Source: an uncultured cyanobacterium (GTDB lineage: Bacteria > Cyanobacteriota > Cyanobacteriia > PCC-9006 > JAAUQQ01). Taken from it: 64,000 nucleotides of DNA. This document shows, piece by piece, positions 19,902-30,183 of the stretch (position 1 is the stretch's first letter; each line of letters opens with the position of its first letter). Both the position numbers and the translations under genes were made by a program. The notes below the pieces were generated by a model. That model did not search any database. It worked only from the letters and a program-made list of their open reading frames with translations, and was not told the origin of the DNA. The stretch is taken from contig OY970368.1 in the NCBI GenBank assembly GCA_963718615.1, forward strand, positions 4,928,001-4,992,000, in the 5' to 3' direction.

Positions 19902-20864
19902 TTACTGGCCTGGATTACACCCCGCAAAACCCGTTTTGTACGCAATAGCCGCTCTGGCTGCAACAGGAAGATCGTCGTAAGAAGAACACGCGACTCTTAT
20001 GTTCTCATTAATTCTCCTTAAACTTGCATCAAAGCCCGTTTCTCCATGTTGACCAAGATAAACATCCAGCTTCCAAACATATCTTGCGACATCACCAACG
20101 TTCTCTCGAAAAATATCCCTTGTCTTGCTCGGGCAGGTGGGATCCCAAGTCCCACAAGCAGTAGAAATATCGTACTTATTTGAAGTAAAAAGAGTGCGAC
20201 CTCTTCTATCTATTGCCACAACAAAGGTACTAGCTCTCGTAGCTGTATTTTTACTATTGCTCTCAGCGGCACCTTCTATAATAAGCAGACCATCTCGATT
20301 CAGAGTCGCTGTCACAATTCCTTTGCCACCACCCATAGGCGCAAAATTATGTCCTATAACCTGTGGACTGGTCTCTGGAGACAAAAGGTCACCTGGTTGT
20401 GGTTGCGGTTGCGGTTGCGGAGAATAGGGGGATTGAAGTCCAGAAACTGATATCTGGTTTGAGCCTGATAGAGTAACTGTATATACTTGGGAATTATAAA
20501 TCCCGACTTCTCCAACATAAAATATGCAGCCTCCATCAATTTGAATTCCCCAATCATCTCCTACGTAAAAAGGCTGGTTGTTGTAAACTAAAAATGTTCT
20601 GTTTGAAGCCCCAATTGTCCAGTTAGCGAATTGTGAGGCAGAATCAGAATGAATCAAATTGATCCGTACAGGATTTGAGCGTTTATTGTCAATTAAAACT
20701 CGACCAGTTCTGTTGAGTTTTCGCCAACTAAAATCTTGAGAATAAGAACTGCGGCAAGGAATCGCGGCTATGGCAGAAGGTGTTTGAGAAGGAAGAACGC
20801 TCCAAACAGTAGCCGTAAACGCGCCAGCCGTCAAAAAGCCAACCATTCTTGAAAGGGTTTTCAT
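19902..20864 (-). CDS. Secreted two-domain hypothetical protein, AT-rich
   Basis: Signal peptide, PQPQPQPQP linker and several Cys; visibly lower GC than the flanks. Confidence 0.7.
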   Translation of the reverse strand: MKTLSRMVGFLTAGAFTATVWSVLPSQTPSAIAAIPCRSSYSQDFSWRKLNRTGRVLIDNKRSNPVRINLIHSDSASQFANWTIGASNRTFLVYNNQPFYVGDDWGIQIDGGCIFYVGEVGIYNSQVYTVTLSGSNQISVSGLQSPYSPQPQPQPQPGDLLSPETSPQVIGHNFAPMGGGKGIVTATLNRDGLLIIEGAAESNSKNTATRASTFVVAIDRRGRTLFTSNKYDISTACGTWDPTCPSKTRDIFRENVGDVARYVWKLDVYLGQHGETGFDASLRRINENIRVACSSYDDLPVAARAAIAYKTGFAGCNPGQ

Positions 20865-21226
20865 GGCTTTGCTCCTCTGTGCTCGAACTTTTCTGAAGCT
20901 GATTCAACGTGCATAGATAGCACTCTGAACTAACTAGAGGAATTAATTAAGCATTTATGCTTAAATCCATGCTAGCTTTTGAAGTCAAAAATTGAGATTC
21001 CATATGAATTACTTTTAATAAAATGCTAAAAAACTTTATCGATTACAAAAGACTTGTTGCAAAACAATCATAAAAATCCTTACAATCTAGTCTTAGCAAG
21101 TATTTCAGCAATTTTTGTTCTGCTATCACAACAGCCCTCAAGTTCAGCAAGGGAACAACAGTCTAATCTAATTTGTACTTTATGGGGGGAAGCAGAGAAA
21201 TAGCAATCCCCCCAAAGCTTCTTCCT

Positions 21227-22648
21227 CTAACGGACAATCAAACGCTCGGGCAACCGTTGTTCGACGGGCCAAGCCTCAGGATCGAGATTGAGTTCAGGAA
21301 ACATTTGAGGATTAAAGAGGGGTTGCTTTTCGCCAACGTTCATTTGCGAATCAAAGTCTCGCATCACCCGTAGGCCAACTTTAAACAGCAGCACCAGGGC
21401 AAATAAATTGACTAACGCCAACAGCCCCATGGTGACATCGGCAAACCCAAAGACAGTGCCCAAGTCCTGAGCCGACCCCCAAACCACGAGAGCCAGGGTC
21501 AAGACACGAAAGCCAGTAAACAGCGCTTTGTTTTCTTCGCTAAAGAAATTGAGGCTATTTTCGCCTAGATAGTAGTTATAGATCATGGAGGTGAACGCAA
21601 AGAGAAATAGCGCGATCGTCACAAACGCTCGTCCCCACTCCCCGACATGCTCTGCCATGGCAGATTGAGTCATGGTAATGCCCCCTACATCACTGCCGGG
21701 TTGATAAACCGTTGAGAGCAGAATAATTGCCGCCGTGCAGGAACACAGGACAATTGTATCAATGAAAACGCTAAAGGCTTGTACGATGCCCTGATTGACC
21801 GGGTGTTTCACGTAGGCAACGGCAGCCACATTGGGAGCACTCCCCAAACCCGCCTCATTGGAAAATAGACCTCGTTTGACCCCAAAAATAATCGCAGTGC
21901 CAATGCCTCCACTCACGGCCTGCTCTAATCCAAAGGCGCTGTTGAAGATCAGCGCAAATACCCCCGGCACGAGACTCAGATGGGTCACAATGACAAATAA
22001 TGCCATGGCGAAATAGCCCACAGCCATAATCGGAACCACAAACTCGGCCACTTCAGCAATCCGCTTGATGCCTCCGAAGATAATGAGTCCCAAAACAAGC
22101 ATCAATATTACGCCTGTCACCGGAGTCGGTATCCCAAAGGTGTCGTTGAGGGATGTGGCGACCGTGTAAGACTGCAAAGCATTAAAGCCAAAACCAAAGG
22201 TCACAAGTAACAGCAATGAGAACAGGGAAGATAACCACCGCTGACCCAAGCCTCGGTTGATGTAGTAAGCAGGGCCACCGCGATAGGTCCCATCAGGTTC
22301 AGCATTCTTGAAAAGTTGTGCGAGGGTGCATTCAAAAAAGCTGGTAGACATCCCAATCAGACCGATCACCCACATCCAAAACACAGCGCCAGGTCCCCCT
22401 AAGGTGATGGCGACAGCAACGCCAGCAATGTTACCGGCCCCAACCCGACCCGCAACACTCAACACTAGGGCTTGAAATGAACTCAATTTGCCTGCCTCAT
22501 GGTGGGTAGCATCCTTAAAGATGCCGAACATTTGGCCGAAGTAACGAAACTGAACAAAGCGCGAGGCGATCGTGAAAAGCAGTCCCACCGAGATTAACGC
22601 GACAATGAGGATTTTTCCCCAAAGCAGATCATTGAGAAAATCGAGCAT
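21227..22648 (-). CDS. Alanine/glycine:cation symporter (AGCS family)
   Basis: VGAGNIAGVA, GGPGAVFWMW and RGLFSNEAGLGSAP motifs. Confidence 0.93.
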   Translation of the reverse strand: MLDFLNDLLWGKILIVALISVGLLFTIASRFVQFRYFGQMFGIFKDATHHEAGKLSSFQALVLSVAGRVGAGNIAGVAVAITLGGPGAVFWMWVIGLIGMSTSFFECTLAQLFKNAEPDGTYRGGPAYYINRGLGQRWLSSLFSLLLLVTFGFGFNALQSYTVATSLNDTFGIPTPVTGVILMLVLGLIIFGGIKRIAEVAEFVVPIMAVGYFAMALFVIVTHLSLVPGVFALIFNSAFGLEQAVSGGIGTAIIFGVKRGLFSNEAGLGSAPNVAAVAYVKHPVNQGIVQAFSVFIDTIVLCSCTAAIILLSTVYQPGSDVGGITMTQSAMAEHVGEWGRAFVTIALFLFAFTSMIYNYYLGENSLNFFSEENKALFTGFRVLTLALVVWGSAQDLGTVFGFADVTMGLLALVNLFALVLLFKVGLRVMRDFDSQMNVGEKQPLFNPQMFPELNLDPEAWPVEQRLPERLIVR

Positions 22649-23228
22649 GGATTATGTCCCTGAAATCTATACTTTTGGGTTTAGTCAGAAAAGTCTAAGA
22701 GGCAAGAATATGTAGAACCACGTTCTCTACGGAAGAAACAACAAAACTTTTGAATTTGTTATGATTTTTGAAAATCAGATACTCTGTCTCGCCATTCTAT
22801 CCGACATCTCATTATCAACAGAGCTGGTTAACAGTTGACACTTTATAGCACTTCAGTCAGAGCGGAACAATGAGATATTTAGCTGACAGTATCTATGGAC
22901 TAAACGATTAACGCTGTATCTTTCAACACGGTTTAGCAAGCGATCGCAGATTGGATTTACTTGGATTTACAACGATTTTGAGCGGAGATAAGCTATATTT
23001 TTCCGAGGGATTTTTCGTTTGGAGAAGCTAATACTTTGAAGTGCTTTGATTTGCAGTTCTTTGAAGTGTGCAATATTAACTTTTCGCGATCCATCCTTTG
23101 CTCCCTTTGCTCTTTGATCCTGGAGTGAGAATATTCACCCACACTCTACTCCATAATCCTTTAGCTGCTTTAAAAATCGCCTCCCTCCCCCATAATAGAA
23201 ACCGTCCCCTTAGGAACAGCCTAGCCCC

Positions 23229-24122
23229 ATGCCAGCCTTCGATTCCTACAGCGGCGCAGTCGCCAAACTACTCACCCATAGCCGCCCCATCCCCAAACAC
23301 CATACCCCTAGCGACTGGCCCGACTACATCGAAGAACTCGGCCTCACCGACGCCGATATCCCCGAGCTCATCCGCCTCGCCACCGATCCCGCCATCGCCA
23401 ACGCCCCCAGCGACCGGATCGAGGTTTGGTCTGCTGTGCATGCTTGGCGATCGCTGGCCCAACTCCAAGCCCCTGCCGCAGCCGAGCCCCTGCTCAGTCT
23501 TCTCGGCAACGAAGCCGACGACTGGATCACCGAAGAAATGCCCTGGGTTTATGGCTTGATCGGTCCCAGCACCATTCCTATCCTTGCCCAATATCTCCAG
23601 AGTGCTGCCCAAAACCTGTGGGGACGGATGACTAGCGTAAGCTGCTTGCGGGCCATTGCAGAGGAACATGCCGAAGGACGAGAAGAGGCCATCACAGTAT
23701 TGATCACACAACTCAAAAGCCACCATCAAAATGGTGAAGAACTCAACGGCCTCTTGATTACCGAACTCATCGAACTCAAAGCCACAGAAGCCGCACCCAT
23801 CATCGAACAGGCCTACCGATCAGGCGAAGTTGATGAACTCATGGCTGGAACCTGGCCCGATTGCCAAGTGAGCCTGGGACTCAAAAACCGTTCCGAATTT
23901 TCTGAAGCCGATTTTCAACCCCAAATGCCACCAGAACTGGAGGAAATTAAGCGATTAGGCCGCTGGGCCGATGACATCAAAGCGGCTGAAGGCGAAGCAG
24001 AAAACCTGGGGGAACTGTTATCTGATAGAAGCTTGTCTGACGCGCTCCCTAGGGCATCACAGGGGTTTAGCCAAAATGGCCATCGGGGTCCTAAGCAGAA
24101 AAAAGGAAATAATAAAAAATGA
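23229..24122 (+). CDS. DUF1186-like HEAT-repeat protein
   Basis: WSAVHAWRSLAQL and ELKATEAAPIIEQAY motifs; basic tail. Confidence 0.65.
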   Translation: MPAFDSYSGAVAKLLTHSRPIPKHHTPSDWPDYIEELGLTDADIPELIRLATDPAIANAPSDRIEVWSAVHAWRSLAQLQAPAAAEPLLSLLGNEADDWITEEMPWVYGLIGPSTIPILAQYLQSAAQNLWGRMTSVSCLRAIAEEHAEGREEAITVLITQLKSHHQNGEELNGLLITELIELKATEAAPIIEQAYRSGEVDELMAGTWPDCQVSLGLKNRSEFSEADFQPQMPPELEEIKRLGRWADDIKAAEGEAENLGELLSDRSLSDALPRASQGFSQNGHRGPKQKKGNNKK

Positions 24123-24634
24123 CAACTTTGATCGGTTCCAGCGATAAGCCAAGTGACAAACCCAGTGACAAGTCAGGCGACAAACGCGACTACAGTGCTG
24201 AAGTGGCGGTTGCGATTTTGTATCAAGGAAATCAGTTCTTACTGCAACTTCGCGATGATATCCCCACGATTATTTATCCAGGTCATTGGGCTTTTTGCGG
24301 GGGCCATTTGGATCCCGGCGAAGATGCAGATACAGCCGTACGGCGAGAATTGCAGGAAGAGATCGGGCATATACCGCTGAGCCTTGAATTGTATCAACGA
24401 ACGATTGGCCCGACGCAAGACAACAAAAGAATTCTAAGAAATTTCTACCACGGGCCATTGACAGTACCCGTGGCATCACTTGAGATCAATGAAGGGCAGG
24501 AGCTAGCGCTGTGTTCTATCACCGATATTGACCGGGGCTTTCGGTTTTCGGAGCTCCTGCAAGAGGATCGCCCCATCGGGCCTCCCCATCAACAAGTTTT
24601 ACAAGCATTCATCACCGCAAAAAGCCTGCGATAG
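24119..24634 (+). CDS. NUDIX hydrolase
   Basis: Nudix box GGHLDPGEDADTAVRRELQEEIG. Confidence 0.92.
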   Translation: MTTLIGSSDKPSDKPSDKSGDKRDYSAEVAVAILYQGNQFLLQLRDDIPTIIYPGHWAFCGGHLDPGEDADTAVRRELQEEIGHIPLSLELYQRTIGPTQDNKRILRNFYHGPLTVPVASLEINEGQELALCSITDIDRGFRFSELLQEDRPIGPPHQQVLQAFITAKSLR

Positions 24635-24654
24635 GTGACCGAGGATTGAATCCG

Positions 24655-25149
24655 TTATAGGCTCAAGTTAGCATTTTTCATCGCGGTATTGGGATCAACG
24701 CCCATCGGACCGACGATCTCGCGAAATAGGGTGATCTGAGACTGAAAGTCTAGCCCAACAATCGTGTGAAACAATGATTCAGCCTCAGAATTTAGAGTGT
24801 AATCCTCTGGAAAGGGTACAATCACGGCTTCATCCATCCCTTGTGCCAAAAGGTACCAAAATAGCAACTTAGTCGTATCACTCATTGCGCCATATTCACG
24901 CGAAATTAACGAATTTTTTTGCTCAATCAGATCACGCTGCATCTGGAGCTGTTCCTCCTGGGAGAGTGCTTGTAACTGTTTGTAGAGGCCATTCGCGATC
25001 GGCTCAGCCGCAGTGCTGGCACCGGGCGCAGCAGGGGTAATCGACTCACCCATCTCCTGGTAAATAAACCAGAGTAAAGCAAGCTTTTGATCGGTTTCTA
25101 AAACCTGAAATTTTTGAGTTTCTGAGGTATGCAGATTAGCAGCAACCAT
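24655..25149 (-). CDS. Helical carotenoid protein (stand-alone OCP N-terminal domain)
   Basis: DQKLALLWFIY.EMG.SITPAAPG, KLLFWY.LAQGM and QITLFR..V..MG motifs. Confidence 0.9.
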   Translation of the reverse strand: MVAANLHTSETQKFQVLETDQKLALLWFIYQEMGESITPAAPGASTAAEPIANGLYKQLQALSQEEQLQMQRDLIEQKNSLISREYGAMSDTTKLLFWYLLAQGMDEAVIVPFPEDYTLNSEAESLFHTIVGLDFQSQITLFREIVGPMGVDPNTAMKNANLSL

Positions 25150-25305
25150 AGAATTTGATCCTCGTTATACAACTGTAGATACGCTAACGAGCTCTGAGCA
25201 TCTACGAATCCAACCCTAGACAGAGAGGGCCTAGCTATAAAGTCCATAAGAATAGAATTGCTTGTTCATGGCTTGAATCATTTCTTAAATTCTTTGGGTT
25301 TAACT

Positions 25306-25740
25306 ATGCCAACGCCTTATTCTCCAAACCAGCAAAACAGCACTGTGGCATCTCCCTCTTTCGACAGAGCCGAACCCGTCATTGAGCAGTATTTTAACTA
25401 CATGAATATCGCAGCCTACGACCAGGTTGTAAAATTATTTGCTAATTCAGGCTTGCTCATTGCACCGTTTACTAAGCCTCTTCAGGGTCATCTTGCTATT
25501 CTTGAGTACTTGCAAGCAGAAGCTAAAGAGATGAAGCTTGTACCAATCGGAATAGAGCGTTTAGCGGCACCAGAAACTACGTCCCTGACCCAATATCGAG
25601 TACAAGGTAAAGTTGAAAGTTCCCTCTTTACGGTTAATGTCACCTGGAGCTTTCAGCTCAACAATGACTCTGAAATAGAAACCGTCGAAGTCAAACTGTT
25701 AGCCAGCTTCGCGGAGCTATTGCCCTTAGCCTCCACATGA
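25306..25740 (+). CDS. OCP C-terminal domain homolog (CTDH, NTF2-like carotenoid carrier)
   Basis: EPVIEQYF, PF..PLQG..AILEYL, V.GKV.SSLFTVNV.W.F and VKLLAS motifs. Confidence 0.85.
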   Translation: MPTPYSPNQQNSTVASPSFDRAEPVIEQYFNYMNIAAYDQVVKLFANSGLLIAPFTKPLQGHLAILEYLQAEAKEMKLVPIGIERLAAPETTSLTQYRVQGKVESSLFTVNVTWSFQLNNDSEIETVEVKLLASFAELLPLAST

Positions 25741-26471
25741 GCATAGGGCAAGTCAAACCAAGATAGGGTAGGGTGTTGGTGATGCGCTTGATGATAGCCA
25801 AAGTGGTAACAGCTCAAAAACGAGAGCCAAATTGGATAATCCAGGCTGAAGATTTTATTGCTCTGGCCCACCCTGGGACAATGGGGAAGGTAGGTACCAA
25901 ACAAAAAGAGCTGTAGAGAACTTAGCAAAATTGGTAAGATCCAGTACAGCAGAAACTGAGCGATCGACCCCCCAAATCCCCAATAAAAAATCTGTTGAAT
26001 CAATAACCAAGATCCCACTAATCGAATTAGCTCGTACTCCGAAATATAGTTTTTGAGAAAGCTGAAATACCAGCAAACAATGGATCGCGATCGCTCCATC
26101 CATCCCCTCCCAGCATACTGCTCGTCATCAGCATACCCGCTATAAAAATCAGGATCCTGCGATTGCGAGGGAAACTGATGATGTAATCGATGATTGCGAC
26201 GACACTTAGAATAAGAGAGAAACGCATACAAGCTTAAGGATAGCTGACCCAGGATTCGATTGCTTTTAGCATTCGGAAAAACGCTGCCATGCATGGCATC
26301 GTGGGCAATAATAAAGAGCCCAGTATGGCAAAAGGTTCGAGTCAGAATAATAGCAATACTTACGGCGATCGCTTCAACCGGCACAAGCATGAGGGCTAAG
26401 CTCAAGCTCCAAGCCACTAGAATCGTCGCAGCAACTACCTGAGCCTTATCTAAAACAAGATAAAAACGCAA
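25653..26471 (-). CDS. crtW: Beta-carotene ketolase
   Basis: His boxes GLFIIAHDAMH, HRLHH and YHQAHH; DPDF and QLFLFGTYLPH motifs. TTG start preceded by AGGAAGG. Confidence 0.85.
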   Translation of the reverse strand: MRFYLVLDKAQVVAATILVAWSLSLALMLVPVEAIAVSIAIILTRTFCHTGLFIIAHDAMHGSVFPNAKSNRILGQLSLSLYAFLSYSKCRRNHRLHHQFPSQSQDPDFYSGYADDEQYAGRGWMERSRSIVCWYFSFLKNYISEYELIRLVGSWLLIQQIFYWGFGGSIAQFLLYWILPILLSSLQLFLFGTYLPHCPRVGQSNKIFSLDYPIWLSFLSCYHFGYHQAHHQHPTLSWFDLPYAHVEAKGNSSAKLANSLTSTVSISESLLS

Positions 26472-26602
26472 TCCAAGCCTTCCTAAACCGCTGTAAACGG
26501 AATTTCACAACTAGTTCCTCTCAATCTAAAAAGGATTAGAAAAGTTAAACGCTATCGGAAGGCAGAAATTGCTATAGCGAGTCCCGCAAGACTAGTCGCC
26601 GA

Positions 26603-27988
26603 TTAAGGTAGGGGGACAAAGCTGTAGCCACCGGGGCCATTGCCCGGTTCGACATCAACCAACTGGATAGTGGCATTGCGATCGCCCGAAGGCAAAAATC
26701 GAATCGTTCCCGAAGCCCCATTGGTCTGAAAGTTGGGATCAGCCAACGCTTTTTGTACCCCTTCCCGGCTCGGGGAAATCCTTGCGGCGGCGGCGATCGC
26801 CTCCACGGCGTCATAGCTCAGCGCCGTCCGCCAATTGACCGGAGCCCCCCAAAGCTGATTAGACCGTTGGGGAAAACTCGCATCCGGTGAAGCATCAATA
26901 TGCCAAGGAATTGCAACCACTAAGCCCTGAGCCGGAGCCCCTCCCACCTCCAAGGTAGTCGGACTATACACATCATCTCCCCCCAGCATAGGCAACTCAT
27001 TCTTGTTCACGGCTACGACCTGTAGAGCCTGGTTGAGTGTCCCAGAATTAGGTAGCAAAACCACCACATCAGCCCCTTGCTGACGAGCCGTTTGTAAGCT
27101 TTGACTAGCGCTAAAACCACCCTGGGACAAATCGGTTTCGCTCACAACCTGGCCACCCCCGAGGGAGAAGGCGGTGGTAAATTCCCCCTTGAGCGACTGG
27201 CTATAGGGGCTTTGAGGATTGAAATAAACAGCCGCCTTTTTGCGTTGGATCTTATTGAGTGAATATTCTGCCAAGGCACGGGCAGCAATGTAATCACTAG
27301 GAACTGTACGAAAGAAATAGGGACTTTTGTTGCTCAGTTCTACAGACGTGCTCACCGGTGAAATCGCAGCTAGTTTGCCATTTTTGTAGACCTCTGAAGT
27401 GGCAAGGGAGACGCCGCTAGAATAGGGGCCTACTACAGCAACAATGGATTGATTTTTGCTAAACTCTTGGGCTACTTTTTCAGCCGTAGGCCCATTATTT
27501 TGATCATCGGCCAGCCAAACAAACAGCTTTTGACCATTGATTCCCCCAGCGCGATTAATTTCATCCTGAGCTTGGGCAATGCCCCGCATCATTTCCAACG
27601 CAGCATTTTGATCCGTCGCCACCGGTAGGGAAGCCCCAATCTCGATGGAAGCACCTCCCGCTGCCAGGGCATTGTTCTTAAAAATCAGGGTTTCTGGGTC
27701 ATTGCGCTGTTGCTGCAGAGAAGCCTCAAACTGCTGCGCCGCTTCCGCATAATTGCCCCGACCATAGGCATCCATTCCAGCCTGCTTTTGATTCGTTGCA
27801 GGGGTAGAAATCAAGCTTTTGCTACCCTTGCTAAGGCCTGGATCTGACGATCGACCTGAAACCGATGGTCCACTTACATCCCCCGGCCAGAACTGATGGA
27901 TGACCCACCAAGCGCCTCCCCCTAACAATCCCAGCGTGACCAGCAAGGCCAAAATCAAAGCAGGGGTATCATTCTTTTGTTTTGCCAT
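26603..27988 (-). CDS. Branched-chain amino acid-type substrate-binding protein with TM anchor and TPR
   Basis: EINRAGGING, VVGPYSSG and YFFRTVPSD motifs. Confidence 0.85.
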   Translation of the reverse strand: MAKQKNDTPALILALLVTLGLLGGGAWWVIHQFWPGDVSGPSVSGRSSDPGLSKGSKSLISTPATNQKQAGMDAYGRGNYAEAAQQFEASLQQQRNDPETLIFKNNALAAGGASIEIGASLPVATDQNAALEMMRGIAQAQDEINRAGGINGQKLFVWLADDQNNGPTAEKVAQEFSKNQSIVAVVGPYSSGVSLATSEVYKNGKLAAISPVSTSVELSNKSPYFFRTVPSDYIAARALAEYSLNKIQRKKAAVYFNPQSPYSQSLKGEFTTAFSLGGGQVVSETDLSQGGFSASQSLQTARQQGADVVVLLPNSGTLNQALQVVAVNKNELPMLGGDDVYSPTTLEVGGAPAQGLVVAIPWHIDASPDASFPQRSNQLWGAPVNWRTALSYDAVEAIAAAARISPSREGVQKALADPNFQTNGASGTIRFLPSGDRNATIQLVDVEPGNGPGGYSFVPLP

Positions 27989-28139
27989 GGCAGTCTCCCA
28001 AACGACCTCAGGTGATGAGCAAAGCGGACTCGATACAGAAAGTCTAGGCGAAAGCTGATGTTCGCAATTCTATAAGGGTTCATCTGCGATTTTGCCGGAG
28101 TTTATTGAGAAAACCCCAATTTGTTTGGGAATCGCAACG

Positions 28140-28171
28140 ATTACCCCATTACCCCATTACCCCATCACCCC
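28140..28171. repeat. Short tandem repeat (ATTACCCC)n
   Basis: Three exact units and one degenerate unit, downstream of the transglutaminase gene. Confidence 0.7.
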
Positions 28172-28177
28172 CTTTCC

Positions 28178-29035
28178 CTATTCCCTTTCCCCTTCTTCCA
28201 CCCGAATCCTCAACTCGTACTCCATCTCCGACGTCACCCCACTTCCCTGAAACCCTCCCTGCACCGGAGCCGCCGAGGCCGGATAGGGCGTTGCCACCAA
28301 TGCCACATGGTCATCGGCCACCGCCAAACCATGGGTTGGGTCAAAGCCACGCCAGCCCGCCCCCGGTAAATAGACCTCCACCCAGGCATGCAAATACCGC
28401 TGCTCAAACTCCGGGTCTCCCTTCTGATAACCACTGACAAATCGCACCGCTAATCCCACCGTGCGGCACACCTCCATAAACAAAACCGCCACATCTCGAC
28501 AGGACCCTGATCGCTTCCGCCAAGTCACCCCCGCTGGCCAAGGCGAACCCATTTCTCGCATCTGGTAGCTACATTCTTGATAAAGCAATTGATTGAGCTT
28601 CGTGAGGAAAGTCACGACATTACCCTGGGCCTCAACGGACAAATCTTCTGCGATCTGCACCGCTTCAGCCGCCAAGGGATTGTCCTTGAGATAGGGCTGG
28701 AGCTGACCTTGTAGTGAGGCGGGGTAGTCTACGGGAAACTCGGTAGCCCAGAGTTCTAGCAAAAAGTCAAAGGGATTGTTACGCAGCGTTTCGACCCTAG
28801 AGGTTGCGGTGAGGATCAGTTGGTCTGTCGGGCCTTGAAAACTCAGCCGAGTTAAATTGTTACCATCCAAATCTAGACAGTCTGTACGCTGACTGGGTTC
28901 GGGAGCAACCTGTAGGGCAAACTCTACCAGCCGTTGCGTCAGGTCACAGCGGGGCCGGAGCCGCACCCAGTGGGGGGTGAGCTGCACCGGCTGGCTGTAG
29001 CGGTAGGTGAGGCTGTGTTGGATCGAGAAGCGCAT
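28178..29035 (-). CDS. Transglutaminase-family protein
   Basis: Catalytic-triad motifs GSCRD, HAWVEVY and GFDPT. Confidence 0.92.
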   Translation of the reverse strand: MRFSIQHSLTYRYSQPVQLTPHWVRLRPRCDLTQRLVEFALQVAPEPSQRTDCLDLDGNNLTRLSFQGPTDQLILTATSRVETLRNNPFDFLLELWATEFPVDYPASLQGQLQPYLKDNPLAAEAVQIAEDLSVEAQGNVVTFLTKLNQLLYQECSYQMREMGSPWPAGVTWRKRSGSCRDVAVLFMEVCRTVGLAVRFVSGYQKGDPEFEQRYLHAWVEVYLPGAGWRGFDPTHGLAVADDHVALVATPYPASAAPVQGGFQGSGVTSEMEYELRIRVEEGERE

Positions 29036-29106
29036 GGCAATGAACCGCTTGAGCGGAGTCTGAGGAACGACGCTAAGGTCGAAGCGTTCTGAGCGATAAG
29101 TCTGTT

Positions 29107-30066
29107 CTACACCGGCTCTAGGGCAAAAAATGTATCGAACATATGGTTGCCAACCTCGTTGACGCCGAGCTGTACCTCGTTGAGGAATTCGTGGAGCCCC
29201 TGTTCAATAATCTCGTCGATGGTGACATAGTCCAGCTCTGAGCAGAGTTTACCGAGAGCACGCTCTGCCGGGTTGCTCCAGGAGCGATTGGGGGTATCGG
29301 TGATGCGGTACAGACATTGCTGAGCCCGAATCAGACAGCTACGAATGGCGCGGGGAAATTCCCCATCCAAAATCAAGAACTGGGCGACGCCGCTGGGCCG
29401 GATGCGGTGATCGCCTTGACCTTTACGATACATTTCGTAGGCACTGGCGGATTTGAGCAGCGCCATCCACTGGATTTCGTCGATCGCGGTCCCCACGTCT
29501 TCCACGGAAGGTAGCAAAATAAAATACTTCACATCCAAAATCCGCGAGGTTTTGTCGGCCCGCTCTAGCAGCCGTCCCACCTGACCAAAGTGCCAGCCCT
29601 CGCCATGGCTCATGGTGCTGTCCATAATTCCCGCAAACAGATGGCTGGCGAGCTTCACCTCATTAAAAAAGTCCGAAGACTCCATCAACGACTCTAGGGG
29701 CTGCTTCGAGGCATCCCGCACCATCATGTAGAAATCATTCACCTGCTCCCACATTTCCGAGGAGATGATCTCCCGAACCGATCGCGCATTTTCCCGCGCC
29801 CGCTGCAAACAGGACAAAATCGAGTTGCCATAGTCGGGATCGAACGTCAGAAACTTTAGCGCCGTTTCTGTATCGAACTCCCCATAGCGCTCTTGAAACA
29901 GCTCCATATCCCCTGTGGTTCGAAGAATGGGCTGCCATTGCTGGGTAAAGCCGGGGGGCGAGTCGAGCAGCAGATTGACGTTGACATCAATGAAGCGGGC
30001 AACGTTCTCGGCCCGTTCAACGTAGCGGTTGAGCCAGTAGATGGAATCGGCAACGCGGCTGAGCAT
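29107..30066 (-). CDS. Alpha-E domain protein
   Basis: MLSRVADSIYWLNRYVERAEN and GRLLERADKT motifs. Confidence 0.92.
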   Translation of the reverse strand: MLSRVADSIYWLNRYVERAENVARFIDVNVNLLLDSPPGFTQQWQPILRTTGDMELFQERYGEFDTETALKFLTFDPDYGNSILSCLQRARENARSVREIISSEMWEQVNDFYMMVRDASKQPLESLMESSDFFNEVKLASHLFAGIMDSTMSHGEGWHFGQVGRLLERADKTSRILDVKYFILLPSVEDVGTAIDEIQWMALLKSASAYEMYRKGQGDHRIRPSGVAQFLILDGEFPRAIRSCLIRAQQCLYRITDTPNRSWSNPAERALGKLCSELDYVTIDEIIEQGLHEFLNEVQLGVNEVGNHMFDTFFALEPV

Positions 30067-30183
30067 GGCGGTATGGGTGCAGAAAATGGCAAGCGGTCAG
30101 TCTAGGCTGGCTTTAGCTTACAGAATTTCTTCCAGAATTTCTTCCAGAACTTCGGGTCTTGGGTGCAGAGAGGGGGCGATCGC

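Noticed and set aside
22916-22929. NtcA-like site (GTG-N8-TAC on the minus strand) upstream of the AGCS transporter
   Set aside because: Non-consensus half-site and poor -10 spacing; cannot be distinguished from chance.
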